From a virus (Duplodnaviria; Caudoviricetes), in IMG/VR virus record IMGVR_UViG_3300033072_000208, positions 7,536-71,535 of that record: a stretch of 64,000 bases of DNA; one strand, written 5' to 3'. The position numbers and the translations under genes were made by a program. The notes under the pieces are model-generated. The model did no database searches and was not told the DNA's origin. It saw nothing but the letters and a program-made list of their open reading frames with translations. This document shows positions 36,302-46,128 of the stretch, one piece after another. Position 1 is the stretch's first letter. Every line of letters begins with the position of its first letter.

Positions 36302-37733
36302 CCGAGTTCATTGGGCTGTCTGATGTACCTTCCCCAGTCTTCCCGACGCCCATCCCATCCCCACTTCTGCTTGTGGCACTAGGTAGGGCTTCCTTATCTA
36401 CAGGATCTGTCTCTGGCTTCTGATCTACACCAAGAGCCTTCCTCACCTTGTTGGCAACAGGTCTATCAAACTCAACAGCACCAACTGAGAACATACGCTG
36501 GACAGCCTTGGAGAATTCGTCTAGACTTACATTATCAAAATCAGCGTATTGAAGTTTGGGAAGTTCTTCATCTGGGGCATAGCCATTCAGTGCGAACAGT
36601 TGTTTGACAAGATCGTTGTTCAGAACATCTTGAATTTCACGAAGCCTTGACTCGATTGCCAAGTACATGATGCTTGACTTCTCTGAAGCAAGTGCGTATG
36701 ATCCAACACCATCTTGACCCATTCGCAGAATATCTGCCAGAAGACTCATCAAAATTTTATTGTCCCATCTTTTGACAAGGGCGTCCGTGTCATACATCTT
36801 TGAACCCTCCACCGACATAAGGGAGAATTCAAACAATGGCTGACGAGATTCTGGATCAAATGCTTGAGGGATGATTAGGCCACCCTGCTCATTATTTTGA
36901 ATGTTACGAATTACCTGCTTGTAGTATTCATACACAGCTTTTTCGCTCTCAGAAGCATCCGCAGACATATAGCGCGGAGGAATCTTTAGAAGCGGTAAGC
37001 CGGTAAGTTCTCTGGCTACACCAACGGATTCCTGTTCTTCAAGCAACGTTCTGTATTTCCAAGAATAATAGCACGCGACAAGTGGAGACTTACCCTCTGG
37101 GTTGTCTCGTTTTACTCCTGTACGGAACAATAGGAATTTATTACGAGGAATACTTACTTCTTTCTTACCGAGAGTCAGGTATCGAAGACCATTCTCAATC
37201 ATCGAGAGGTCTTGTTTAACACCTAAAAGGTCACGACCATCTTCTGAGAAGATCCACTCACTGAGAGTGTCTTGCGCTCGAATTGGTAACTTACGAATAC
37301 CAATCTTACCGTCGTTGTATTTAGATCCAGCAGAATGAAGCCTTCTACGATATACTTTCTCATGCACAGAGAAGCCGTAGGTCATTGTTGAAGTGACTTC
37401 TCTAATGAAGTCTCCCCAAGAATGTTCCATATCTGCAACACATTCTTTTAGGAATTTCCCCTTTGCCTCCATCTCTGGAGAAGGGTTTGTGCCAATATCC
37501 ACATCCCAATTCACACGCTCAATCATCATTTCGAAGAGAGACAGGGCAGATGCAATCGTCGCATCATTTGACATCTTTCTGAATGTTTTGAGAGATTCTG
37601 GGAAGCGGAGTTCTTTTCTAGACTCTTCTAGAATATGCCCGTTGATCTGCTTAAGACCAATACTACCATACTCACCAAGCCTTAATCTTGAGGGTACAGT
37701 GTAGGCATCAACAGCTTTTTCAATTTCTGTCAA
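36267..37733 (-). CDS. portal protein (DUF935-like)
   Basis: 488 aa after terL; GFSVHEKVY, NPEGKSPL, GSYALA. Confidence 0.85.
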   Translation of the reverse strand: MTEIEKAVDAYTVPSRLRLGEYGSIGLKQINGHILEESRKELRFPESLKTFRKMSNDATIASALSLFEMMIERVNWDVDIGTNPSPEMEAKGKFLKECVADMEHSWGDFIREVTSTMTYGFSVHEKVYRRRLHSAGSKYNDGKIGIRKLPIRAQDTLSEWIFSEDGRDLLGVKQDLSMIENGLRYLTLGKKEVSIPRNKFLLFRTGVKRDNPEGKSPLVACYYSWKYRTLLEEQESVGVARELTGLPLLKIPPRYMSADASESEKAVYEYYKQVIRNIQNNEQGGLIIPQAFDPESRQPLFEFSLMSVEGSKMYDTDALVKRWDNKILMSLLADILRMGQDGVGSYALASEKSSIMYLAIESRLREIQDVLNNDLVKQLFALNGYAPDEELPKLQYADFDNVSLDEFSKAVQRMFSVGAVEFDRPVANKVRKALGVDQKPETDPVDKEALPSATSRSGDGMGVGKTGEGTSDSPMNSDDASAGNMENA

Positions 37734-37823
37734 ATTGCCCTCCTTAATTTGTCCGTGCAGAGGGCTGCTATCAGACGTTGCAAATAATAATCTAGACTAT
37801 AGATTATAATCTTTATTATCAAA

Positions 37824-37852
37824 ATTATAAAGGTTTTATTGCAATATGTCAA
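37824..37852 (-). promoter_or_regulatory. perfect-consensus sigma70 promoter upstream of the portal gene
   Basis: TTGACA-17nt-TATAAT. Confidence 0.75.
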
Positions 37853-37920
37853 GCATTATGATAGCAGCCATGCAGATAATTTACTGGTTTTAACCAATGT
37901 CAGTCCATTCGGAATGGATG

Positions 37921-39330
37921 TCAATCCATCTTAAATGGATTTGTTGTGCTCATATCTGGTAGTGTGAAGTCTGGGATGTGAATATCCTGTGCAAGCGTCA
38001 TAAATGCGTCACTTGTTGCATCCACTTGGTCATCGTGTCCTTTTCTACCACCATCAAACCGCTCTAACTCTCTAAAGTAGCTATCATTCCAGTCGGCCTT
38101 GACAACGCAAATACCGCCAGCTTCAGCCAACGCCGCAAACGGGGCAAAACGCTGAACCTTTGACTTATTGGTTGGTCTTGCTTTGGCTGTATAGCCTGCT
38201 TCGATGATTTGTCGAATAAGATCACCAGCATATGCCTTACCTGCTGCACCAGCATCTTGTGGGATAGTAATCAGTGTGTCGGAACCATCCCGTTTGGCTG
38301 TTTCTAAGATTAAATCCAAAACACCGCCGTACCTTCGCCTGTCCTTCACAACATCCTCAACATAGTATAGGCTGTTTTTATCTTTTGACATCAAAACACC
38401 ACAACTCCAGTCTGGGTCCGGGTTTGTGTCTGATGGAAGACTACCGCTTATATCCCAACTTCTGACTCGTTTAACTGCCGTAAGCGGCACAAGCGGAACA
38501 ACAGTAACCCATTCACGCTTGAAATAGCCAGAAGATGACTTGCGAGCTTCCCAATTGCCGTGCAACAAAATTTCGCGTTCAATATAAGGAAGACCTTCAA
38601 GGAATGCAATATACGACGGTTCAATGTATGGGTTGTCATACGCACCAGCGAAGATCATCTTAAAAGACAACGGTGTTGCTTTTGGATAACGCAATGCTAA
38701 TTCTTCACGAGAACTTGCCCAAATCATTTCGTTATTATCACGAACAAACCAACGAACGACACCTTGCTTTGACGGATCTGGTCGTCCAAACATCTCATGA
38801 TCTTTTGGATACAAATACCAATCTACCCACTTTCTAACCCAACTATCTGGATCTGGGTTCATTGTTGCTCGTGCTACAGGCTTCATATCTGCCTTAGTAC
38901 GTAAGCGAGAAAGTAGATACAAAAACTGGCTCTCTTCAAAGTGGGTTAATTCATCAAATACCACACTTGACAGCTGGCTACCCTGATAACTATCTGTGTT
39001 ATCCGCCCGTTCGAAGTGAGAGAATCCCACTTCTGCACCACTAGAGAATACAAACTTCAAGTCTTTAATTTTGATTTGACAGCTGGGATCAACCTTTTTA
39101 TACAAGGCTTTTGCCTCGTCAAAAATTGCCCCAGGCTTTAGCAACATTGGCGTTGTTCTACGAATTGTAATACCACGATAGTTAGGGTCGTGGATGTGCT
39201 TAAGGTGGTGCATCAAAGATGCAAACGATTTTCCGCCCCCGGCGCTTCCACCATAAAACACAATATCTGTATCATCAGAGTTTAGAAATAACTCTTGTGG
39301 GATCGAGGCCGGAGCAATCACGTCACTCAT
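37921..39330 (-). CDS. terL: terminase large subunit
   Basis: GGSAGGGKS Walker A; VFDELTHF Walker B; RSWD; GHDDQVDA nuclease motif. Confidence 0.95.
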   Translation of the reverse strand: MSDVIAPASIPQELFLNSDDTDIVFYGGSAGGGKSFASLMHHLKHIHDPNYRGITIRRTTPMLLKPGAIFDEAKALYKKVDPSCQIKIKDLKFVFSSGAEVGFSHFERADNTDSYQGSQLSSVVFDELTHFEESQFLYLLSRLRTKADMKPVARATMNPDPDSWVRKWVDWYLYPKDHEMFGRPDPSKQGVVRWFVRDNNEMIWASSREELALRYPKATPLSFKMIFAGAYDNPYIEPSYIAFLEGLPYIEREILLHGNWEARKSSSGYFKREWVTVVPLVPLTAVKRVRSWDISGSLPSDTNPDPDWSCGVLMSKDKNSLYYVEDVVKDRRRYGGVLDLILETAKRDGSDTLITIPQDAGAAGKAYAGDLIRQIIEAGYTAKARPTNKSKVQRFAPFAALAEAGGICVVKADWNDSYFRELERFDGGRKGHDDQVDATSDAFMTLAQDIHIPDFTLPDMSTTNPFKMD

Positions 39331-39386
39331 TGCATTTTCTCTCCTTTATTACAAACTCTTCTGGTTTTTATCAAAGAGACTGACTG

Positions 39387-40217
39387 TCAATATCCAAATG
39401 GTCTCTCTTCCCAAAAGCAATGAAACGTTCCAGTTACAGTGCTATTACCGAGATTCCTGAATAGCCAGTAGTATGTTCCCGGAGCAATTCCTCTCTCGTC
39501 GGCAATTTGACCACCAACAGTTGATTGTTGAGATGTGGCAGTAGCCGCAACTAATCTTGCGGTGTCGATGATAGTTCCACCAGTAATACTACCACCGCCC
39601 ACGATATTATTTTGACGAACATACGGTGGTTGTCTAATAGTGCCCATTAGATTCTTACCAATAATGGTAAATTGTTCTGTGAATGGTGTTACCTCTGTCA
39701 CTGTCCCTGCAATAGTATCGAGTTGCAATGTCCCGCTATCCACAGTTAGATTTAGGCTGAACAGGATAGTATTCACAGGCACTGTAATTTTGGCTGCATA
39801 CGTGGAGTTAGATGGTATAGCTAAATTTCGGAAAGTCCTGAATTCTCTTCCTTCGAAGAAGGCTGTTTGACCAATATCCACTCGAAGCCGTCTATACCCC
39901 TCCCTAGTGCTAGTCATAGTGTCATGAGGGAACTCTACAGCTGTGAATGGGGTAATAGTCCGACTCAGAAGTTGTATTAGAATAGGACCACTACCGCCCC
40001 TTACCCAGATAGGTTGGGAATTACCATGAACCAAAACAGTTTCTTCTGTATTTACACAGAAAGCATGCGCATCGTCCAGAGGTTGAGTATCCGCCTGCAC
40101 AATAAATAGTTGCGCAGGGGAATTATTAGTAACAATAAGGCTATCTGGGGAAGCGTATGGTGTTAATGGGTACAGAGGTCTGTAGGAGACATCTTTTGTT
40201 AATTGTACAACAAACAT
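39387..40217 (-). CDS. putative virion structural protein
   Basis: Beta-rich; RRLRVDIGQTAFFEGR...ERGIAPGTYY. Confidence 0.5.
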   Translation of the reverse strand: MFVVQLTKDVSYRPLYPLTPYASPDSLIVTNNSPAQLFIVQADTQPLDDAHAFCVNTEETVLVHGNSQPIWVRGGSGPILIQLLSRTITPFTAVEFPHDTMTSTREGYRRLRVDIGQTAFFEGREFRTFRNLAIPSNSTYAAKITVPVNTILFSLNLTVDSGTLQLDTIAGTVTEVTPFTEQFTIIGKNLMGTIRQPPYVRQNNIVGGGSITGGTIIDTARLVAATATSQQSTVGGQIADERGIAPGTYYWLFRNLGNSTVTGTFHCFWEERPFGY

Positions 40218-40229
40218 GCAGCCTCCTTG

Positions 40230-43199
40230 TTATTGCAATGTAATATGGAACACATTACCTTTCTTCAACGTTACGTTATACCTCTTAACAACAGCAAACC
40301 CACCAAAGATGTTGTAATACGAAACAACATCTCCAGAGACACTGTTGAAGATTATGTAGCCGCTCGTTACAGAATTTCCTACTGGTGTTTTGTCGGACAA
40401 GACTTCATAAGAAGACGAGGTATCCTTGGTAACTACACTGACGACGAAGTAATCATCCTCTGCTGTTTGAGAGATGACAGACCGGACAATGAATGAGTCG
40501 GCATTATCTTGAGAAACAACTTCACGGACAACATAACTGCCCTCAGAAGATGCTGCTATCACATCTCTGACAAAATATGTGCTCTCGTTCGACGACAACA
40601 CCGAGTCTCTGATAGCATAAGAACCAGAAACACTTGTTGCTACCGTTGAAGCTGAAACCACCTCATAAGAAGATGTAACACTGCTTGATACAACGCCGAG
40701 AACATTAAATGGCCCAATGACATCTTCAAATACAGCAGACAAGACACCATATTCATCTGATACTTCTGTGCCGGTGCTTTCTCTTACGAGGAATGCCGAT
40801 GTGCTATCTTCAAGCACTGTACCGAGAACGCCATATGTCCCTGCCTTTTCATCAAACACTGTGGAGCGCACATTGAATGACGACAGCCTGTCTTCAGCAA
40901 CAGACGAACGGACTAAGTATTCTGATGAGGTTTCATTTGAGACAACACCTACAGCGGCATCAACGGTGTAAGAAGACACTGTGTCTTTTTTAACTTCCTG
41001 TCTTACAGAATAAGTTGATGCAACATTGTTCTGAACCGAGTTGAAAACTGTATAATTAGCTTCAGCGACCTGTGAAACAGGGGTTCTTACAGAGTAGGTC
41101 GATGCCTTGTCAGATTGAACACTTGACGAAACAAAGTAATCATCTAAAACGTCTTTCTGAACAAACGACCTTACGTCGTGTGTAGAAGAAACATCATTTT
41201 GAACATTTGCTCTTACATTGTAAGTTGAAGATATGTCCTTACTTACAGAGGCTCTTACGGAATAGTTGTCCGATGCTTCATTTTGAACTAACTCTTTTAT
41301 GAAGTAGGAAGAACTAACATCTGATTGGGCAGAAACCATTACGTCGTAGCCGACAGACGCCTCTTTCTGGACCTCCCCCCTTATGATATAAAAGGAATTA
41401 GCCGTCGGTTGTACAGAAGTTCTTACTGCATATCCAGATGAAACATCGCTTGCGACGTAGAACAGATTACTGAACTCAAGCGCGGTCGTCGCATAAACGC
41501 TCTCGCCCGTTGCGTTAACACCACGCAGGTACAGTGTACCGCCGCCCTTCTCAGTTGTCAAGACGAGTGGATTGCTTGCCTCGGCCCAGGTGCCAGATTC
41601 ACCGAACTTGTACTCTTGCGTCGAGTTGTTGTCGGCAGGCGAGAAGTAAATCTGGTATCCGCGCCCTGCTCGCTCAACGATAAGGCCGCCAGGGGCAGTC
41701 TCGGGCGCAACCGCGCCGGTCGAGAAGGTTGTCCAGTCAGACCAAGGGCCTTCGCCACTAGAGTTCACATAGCGAGCGCGTACCTCAAAATCCTGTGACT
41801 TCGTCAGGTTCTCAAGCAGCTTTGCAGCCTCGGCGCCCGACACCCGATACGCCCCGACGGCCGTAACGTAAATCTCTGTTGAAGGGGCATCCTGACCGAG
41901 ATCGTCGTAGCCGACGGCGCGAATCTTGAATCGGCCGTTTGTCGCGGGCGTCCAAGAGAAAGTGGTCACTGATGCGTTGGCCGAGTGAACCTCTACATCA
42001 TCGACGAAAATCTTGATCGTCTGGATGGCGATGTCATCCTGTGACGCAACCGTGATGTTTGTAACCTGACCGGTAGTGACTGTTGCGCCGGGTGCAGGGC
42101 TCACGATCGTCACGCTCGGTGAACGCCAACCGATCGATACCCACGTATCGGCCAGTGCAAGTGCGGCTTGAGCATCGACTAGACCCCACCCGTTGTACTT
42201 GTTCCAACCGGGTGTGTTGCCGGGGATTGCAGCCCAGTTCGCAGATTGAAGCACAATGGCGCGAATGTCAGCGTAGCCAAGATCAGGGCGGCGCTGCTTC
42301 ACAAGCGCACAGATGCCAGCGACGATTGGTGCGGCGTAAGAGTTGCCTCCCGTGGGTATCGTCCCAGTTTTGTTGTGCACGTAGAGGTTGGTGGCCGGCG
42401 CCATAATGTCCAGCCAGTCGCCATAGCTGAAATAGCGGCTGTAATCGCTCTTATTGATGCCGCTGACCATGATGCAGTCTTTGGTGCCGATACCGTCACT
42501 GGTCTCAGAATTAACGACGTTCGATGAGGCAAACACGCACACGACACCTGCGCGACGTGCATAGGCAACAGCGGCCTGCATTGCCGGATGGGGGGAAACG
42601 GAGATGGACATCGAGATGATGTCGGCGCCCTGATCCACCGCGTAAAGGATGCTGGCGATCTGTTCCGCCGTGGTCAGAGAGTTCATCTTGATCAGCAAAA
42701 ACTCCGCACCCGGCGCAACACCGGCAATGCCGTTTGAGTTGTTCGGTGTTGCGGCAATCATACTCAGCGTGCCGTTGCCGTGAGAACCAATTGGCGAAAT
42801 GTCCGTGCTTTGCAGCGCAGGGTTCCATGCCGAATAATTCATTCCAGCAAGGTCTGAGTGAGCGGTGTTCACACCACGGTCAATGACGGCGATCTTGACA
42901 CCCTGCCCGCCCGTAGCCGACCACACGCCGTTTTGATCGAGGCGACAAGCCTGAAATTGCCACTGACTGCTGTAGTACGTGTCGTTGAGCGATAGCGCCA
43001 CCGCCGACTCATTGCGCTCTTCCTCGATGCTGTCAAAAGCCTGATGTCCGGACAGTGCGGGGCGAGGGTTGTGGTCGAAGTCCACAACAAGGGCGCGAAT
43101 TTGAGGAAAATGGTCGACAATCGTGCCGCCGTAAGACGCAAGCACGCGCTTTGCGGCCTCAGCGGTGACCTTCTTAGAGTGCAGAGCTATCAGTCTCAT
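40230..43199 (-). CDS. S8 subtilase fused to Ig-like/Fn3 domains and a 14-residue-repeat fibre
   Basis: Triad VAVID-like IAVIDRG, HGNG, GNSYAAP; I9-like propeptide; Big domain PSVTIVSPAPGATV; Fn3 remnant EVRARYVNSSGEGPWS; ~27 repeats. Confidence 0.85.
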   Translation of the reverse strand: MRLIALHSKKVTAEAAKRVLASYGGTIVDHFPQIRALVVDFDHNPRPALSGHQAFDSIEEERNESAVALSLNDTYYSSQWQFQACRLDQNGVWSATGGQGVKIAVIDRGVNTAHSDLAGMNYSAWNPALQSTDISPIGSHGNGTLSMIAATPNNSNGIAGVAPGAEFLLIKMNSLTTAEQIASILYAVDQGADIISMSISVSPHPAMQAAVAYARRAGVVCVFASSNVVNSETSDGIGTKDCIMVSGINKSDYSRYFSYGDWLDIMAPATNLYVHNKTGTIPTGGNSYAAPIVAGICALVKQRRPDLGYADIRAIVLQSANWAAIPGNTPGWNKYNGWGLVDAQAALALADTWVSIGWRSPSVTIVSPAPGATVTTGQVTNITVASQDDIAIQTIKIFVDDVEVHSANASVTTFSWTPATNGRFKIRAVGYDDLGQDAPSTEIYVTAVGAYRVSGAEAAKLLENLTKSQDFEVRARYVNSSGEGPWSDWTTFSTGAVAPETAPGGLIVERAGRGYQIYFSPADNNSTQEYKFGESGTWAEASNPLVLTTEKGGGTLYLRGVNATGESVYATTALEFSNLFYVASDVSSGYAVRTSVQPTANSFYIIRGEVQKEASVGYDVMVSAQSDVSSSYFIKELVQNEASDNYSVRASVSKDISSTYNVRANVQNDVSSTHDVRSFVQKDVLDDYFVSSSVQSDKASTYSVRTPVSQVAEANYTVFNSVQNNVASTYSVRQEVKKDTVSSYTVDAAVGVVSNETSSEYLVRSSVAEDRLSSFNVRSTVFDEKAGTYGVLGTVLEDSTSAFLVRESTGTEVSDEYGVLSAVFEDVIGPFNVLGVVSSSVTSSYEVVSASTVATSVSGSYAIRDSVLSSNESTYFVRDVIAASSEGSYVVREVVSQDNADSFIVRSVISQTAEDDYFVVSVVTKDTSSSYEVLSDKTPVGNSVTSGYIIFNSVSGDVVSYYNIFGGFAVVKRYNVTLKKGNVFHITLQ

Positions 43200-43387
43200 T
43201 TCGGACGCACCTCAAAGTCGACGCTGGTGTATTGAGCAATCGCGGGTACTGTGACGTTTGCAGTGCTATCAGAGATAGCGATCACCGTAATTATTGGTGC
43301 TACAGCGGGTGGGGCCGGAGCGCCCACAGAGAACTGCGGCAGGAAACCGAAGATCGCACCGGGGTAGTTCTCGTTGGCGGCGAACAT
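43196..43387 (-). CDS. 63-aa protein resembling the N-terminal half of an Fn3 domain
   Basis: MFAANENYPG...APIITVIAISDSTANVTVPAIAQYTSVDFEVRPK; TAATG and ATGA overlaps on either side. Confidence 0.6.
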   Translation of the reverse strand: MFAANENYPGAIFGFLPQFSVGAPAPPAVAPIITVIAISDSTANVTVPAIAQYTSVDFEVRPK

Positions 43388-43944
43388 TACACCGACTCCG
43401 CAACCATACCGACCACCTGGCCCCAAGCTTTTTGACCGTTAGGGCCTTCGCCGATCAGGCCGAACGTGGACTTATTGTGAACAACCACGGCCCAACGTGG
43501 AGGAACAATGCCGCCGAACACTGACGCTACGTTGAATGTGTAGGGGCGAGTCAGCCAACCGGCATTAGCCAACGTCATTGTGCCAACAAGCTTAAGCGGA
43601 AGCGTAGAAATAGGAACACCGGATAGGGATGCGCTGACGCTCCATTTTGGCGAGGCGACATTGGCCTGGACTACTTGCGGAAAAATCCAGTTTGCGTCGT
43701 TTTCATAGGGCGTCCCACCGGGGCCGATGTCGCTGTACACGTAAATGTCCACTTCGCCACTGATCGGGTCCACATCAGAAGAAAAAGTTAGGGTTACAAA
43801 TTCAGCGAAGGTTGGCGAAGCAGTGCGATCAATAATCTGAGAAGCGTAAACACCGCCTGCAACGAACGGGACAGGCGTATAGCCGTCCACTTCTACATCG
43901 TGGAAAAAGGTGACGGGGGCAAGATACTTGGGTTGAATCGTCAT
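43387..43944 (-). CDS. putative virion accessory protein
   Basis: Beta-rich; RBS GAGG; translationally coupled to its neighbours. Confidence 0.55.
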   Translation of the reverse strand: MTIQPKYLAPVTFFHDVEVDGYTPVPFVAGGVYASQIIDRTASPTFAEFVTLTFSSDVDPISGEVDIYVYSDIGPGGTPYENDANWIFPQVVQANVASPKWSVSASLSGVPISTLPLKLVGTMTLANAGWLTRPYTFNVASVFGGIVPPRWAVVVHNKSTFGLIGEGPNGQKAWGQVVGMVAESV

Positions 43945-43956
43945 TTTGGTTCCTCA

Positions 43957-44433
43957 TTATTCAAATGTGAGAGTCACTTGCGGCACCCTACTCAAGAACG
44001 AAGGGGCAGATAGCACGGGGATGTTGATCGAGATCGGGCCGGTCGAGAACCCCGTTCCCTGCACCGGTCCCACGGTCGTCGCGCCGTCATCCCACACCGT
44101 CCACAGATCGTATGCCGTCGATGCGCTCAGCCCGGAAGCATCGGGAACGAACTGATAAGTCGCGCCGCTGCCGGGATCGGTGTCTGCGTCGTGGTACGCG
44201 ACGGTCGTCGCCGTCCATCCGCTGTTTGTGGCGATGTTGATGCGGGACCATGTGGGCGTGACGCCCTGCTGGACGACGACAAGATACAGCGTGCCCGCTG
44301 CCGGGTTGCTGCGCGAGACGGTGATCGTCGCCGTCGTCTGCGTGATGCTGGACGCAGTGATGGCGGTGATCGTCGGCGTGACTGCCGTATCGAAAAACGC
44401 CCCGTCGAAAAAACCGCTGTCGAAGAAACTCAT
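43957..44433 (-). CDS. Fn3/Ig-like fibre-associated protein
   Basis: FFDSGFFDGAFFD N-terminal repeat; SGLSASTAYDLW Fn3-like motif. Confidence 0.55.
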   Translation of the reverse strand: MSFFDSGFFDGAFFDTAVTPTITAITASSITQTTATITVSRSNPAAGTLYLVVVQQGVTPTWSRINIATNSGWTATTVAYHDADTDPGSGATYQFVPDASGLSASTAYDLWTVWDDGATTVGPVQGTGFSTGPISINIPVLSAPSFLSRVPQVTLTFE

Positions 44434-44437
44434 CGCG

Positions 44438-45127
44438 TCACCACGGCGTCAAGATAAGACGCGAGCGCCAGCGCTCGGAGGGGCCGACCGGACCGGTGGG
44501 TGCGGGGTCGCCGTTTGTTCCAATACCGATGTAATCGACGATCGTATCACTGGACCCTGTCTGAACGAAGACGACGACCTTGCCCCCCACGATGTGTGGT
44601 TGGCCGGCAGCGCTCAACGGCCATGTCGCAGGCTCGGTTTGGTTCGAGCGGTTCCACATGCGCCCGCGAACCGTGCCGTTAGCCAGAATCTGAAAACGAG
44701 CCTGCTTAAACAAGTTCGTATCTTGACCTGCGAACGGATTGTCGAACGTCCCGAACTTGCTCAACTGAGTGCTGGCGCCGCCACCCGTCCATTTTACGAT
44801 GTGGTACTTCATATAGAACTCGTTCGTGAAGCCAAGAACGTATCCCTGCGTACCATCTGCACTAGCAATACCAATGCCGCCGGAGAAGCCGTTGTTTACG
44901 GTGTTGCTACTTTGCAGACAAGAAAAGTAAAGCTCAATGCCATCCTGCGACGTTACGTCTGGAGCCGCCGCGTCCACGAACAGCGACCTAACGTTTGCGG
45001 TCAGTGGCGAAACGTACCTCACTTTTCCGTCGGTTGCAGTCGCGTTGTTAGTAATAAATGAGATCGCGTTGCCGACAATCACCGTCCCCGTAGAGGAGTC
45101 ATCACACGACAACCAGTATTGCGCCAC
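44438..45127 (-). CDS. putative lectin-like fibre protein
   Basis: Start reassigned to GTG (MAQYWLSC) using RBS GGAGG; beta-sandwich pattern. Confidence 0.5.
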   Translation of the reverse strand: MAQYWLSCDDSSTGTVIVGNAISFITNNATATDGKVRYVSPLTANVRSLFVDAAAPDVTSQDGIELYFSCLQSSNTVNNGFSGGIGIASADGTQGYVLGFTNEFYMKYHIVKWTGGGASTQLSKFGTFDNPFAGQDTNLFKQARFQILANGTVRGRMWNRSNQTEPATWPLSAAGQPHIVGGKVVVFVQTGSSDTIVDYIGIGTNGDPAPTGPVGPSERWRSRLILTPW

Positions 45128-45128
45128 G

Positions 45129-45737
45129 TTACACCTCCGGCCACTGAGCAGCAGCAACCACAGCCGAGACATCTTCAGCGGCGTTGATCGCAGCGCGGAT
45201 CGTCTGGGACTGGATGTGAAGATTGCTGTGCCACTGGAGCGCCGCCATTGCGAACGACAGCATCTGCGCCGGAGTCAGGTAGTGCGTGCTATTCTCGTGG
45301 GTGGTCCATGGCATCACCGGGTCAGTGACGCCCGTGCTGGACAGGATCAGCGCGCCAGTTGCCTGCCCGTTGAGGTCACGCAGAACCTTTTCGGTCATCT
45401 CGTTGTGATGCGTGTCACCGGACGGGTACGTGTAGGGCATCAGGCCACGCTGGCGCTCGTCGCGCTGGTCTTTGATGCGCTGCCATGCGATGGTTTTTAC
45501 CTCTTCCAGCGGGAGGGTCTCGACGGCCCATGTGATGACGTGCGGCGTTTGCGTCGTGTCGATCTGCCGTGCGCCGCGCTGCTGCCACCACTCGACGGTC
45601 GGATAGACAACGGCACAGCGCGCTACGTTGTAGTCGGACAGCTCGGCGTCGGTGAGTGCCTGCGGATTGATGACGTGCGGGATCAGCGACGGCAGATTAC
45701 TGGACGGCTCGCCGTCCGGGAGTCGGTAGTACATCAT
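45129..45737 (-). CDS. DUF4376-like tail fibre chaperone
   Basis: AWQRIKDQRDERQ...W.T.ENST..LT..QM......L...I.AA. Confidence 0.65.
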   Translation of the reverse strand: MMYYRLPDGEPSSNLPSLIPHVINPQALTDAELSDYNVARCAVVYPTVEWWQQRGARQIDTTQTPHVITWAVETLPLEEVKTIAWQRIKDQRDERQRGLMPYTYPSGDTHHNEMTEKVLRDLNGQATGALILSSTGVTDPVMPWTTHENSTHYLTPAQMLSFAMAALQWHSNLHIQSQTIRAAINAAEDVSAVVAAAQWPEV

Positions 45738-46111
45738 GCAAATTTCCCTCCGTCGCCGATCCAACCGTGTGTGTTCGTGCCGCGCAGAACAATAATGTTT
45801 TTCGCGTTCGCGGCGGTATCAAACGTCGGGGCAGTGCCGCCGACCCACTGGATGCCGGTGATCGTCACAGCGCGGCCTGCGGTTGCATCGTTGGTCAGGA
45901 TCAGCGTCAGGTGCTCAGCCGTTCCGGCCGGCACGGTCGGCAGCGTGAATGTGACGTTGCCCGTCAGGACGCCGCGCTGCACACTGCCGTTTTCGAGCGT
46001 GATCGACACGCTGCCGGTGATGTTGCCGAGGTCGTGCGTGGCGAGGACGTGGGATTCATTCCACTGCGTCGCGCCAATCGTCGCCGTTGTCGTTGCGTGC
46101 CTAAGTCGCAT
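45734..46111 (-). CDS. small fibre-like virion protein
   Basis: SVSITLENG..Q...LTGNVTFTLP...LILT.D..GR..T...I.W.GG..P. Confidence 0.6.
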   Translation of the reverse strand: MRLRHATTTATIGATQWNESHVLATHDLGNITGSVSITLENGSVQRGVLTGNVTFTLPTVPAGTAEHLTLILTNDATAGRAVTITGIQWVGGTAPTFDTAANAKNIIVLRGTNTHGWIGDGGKFA

Positions 46112-46128
46112 TACTCACCTCTCAAAAA

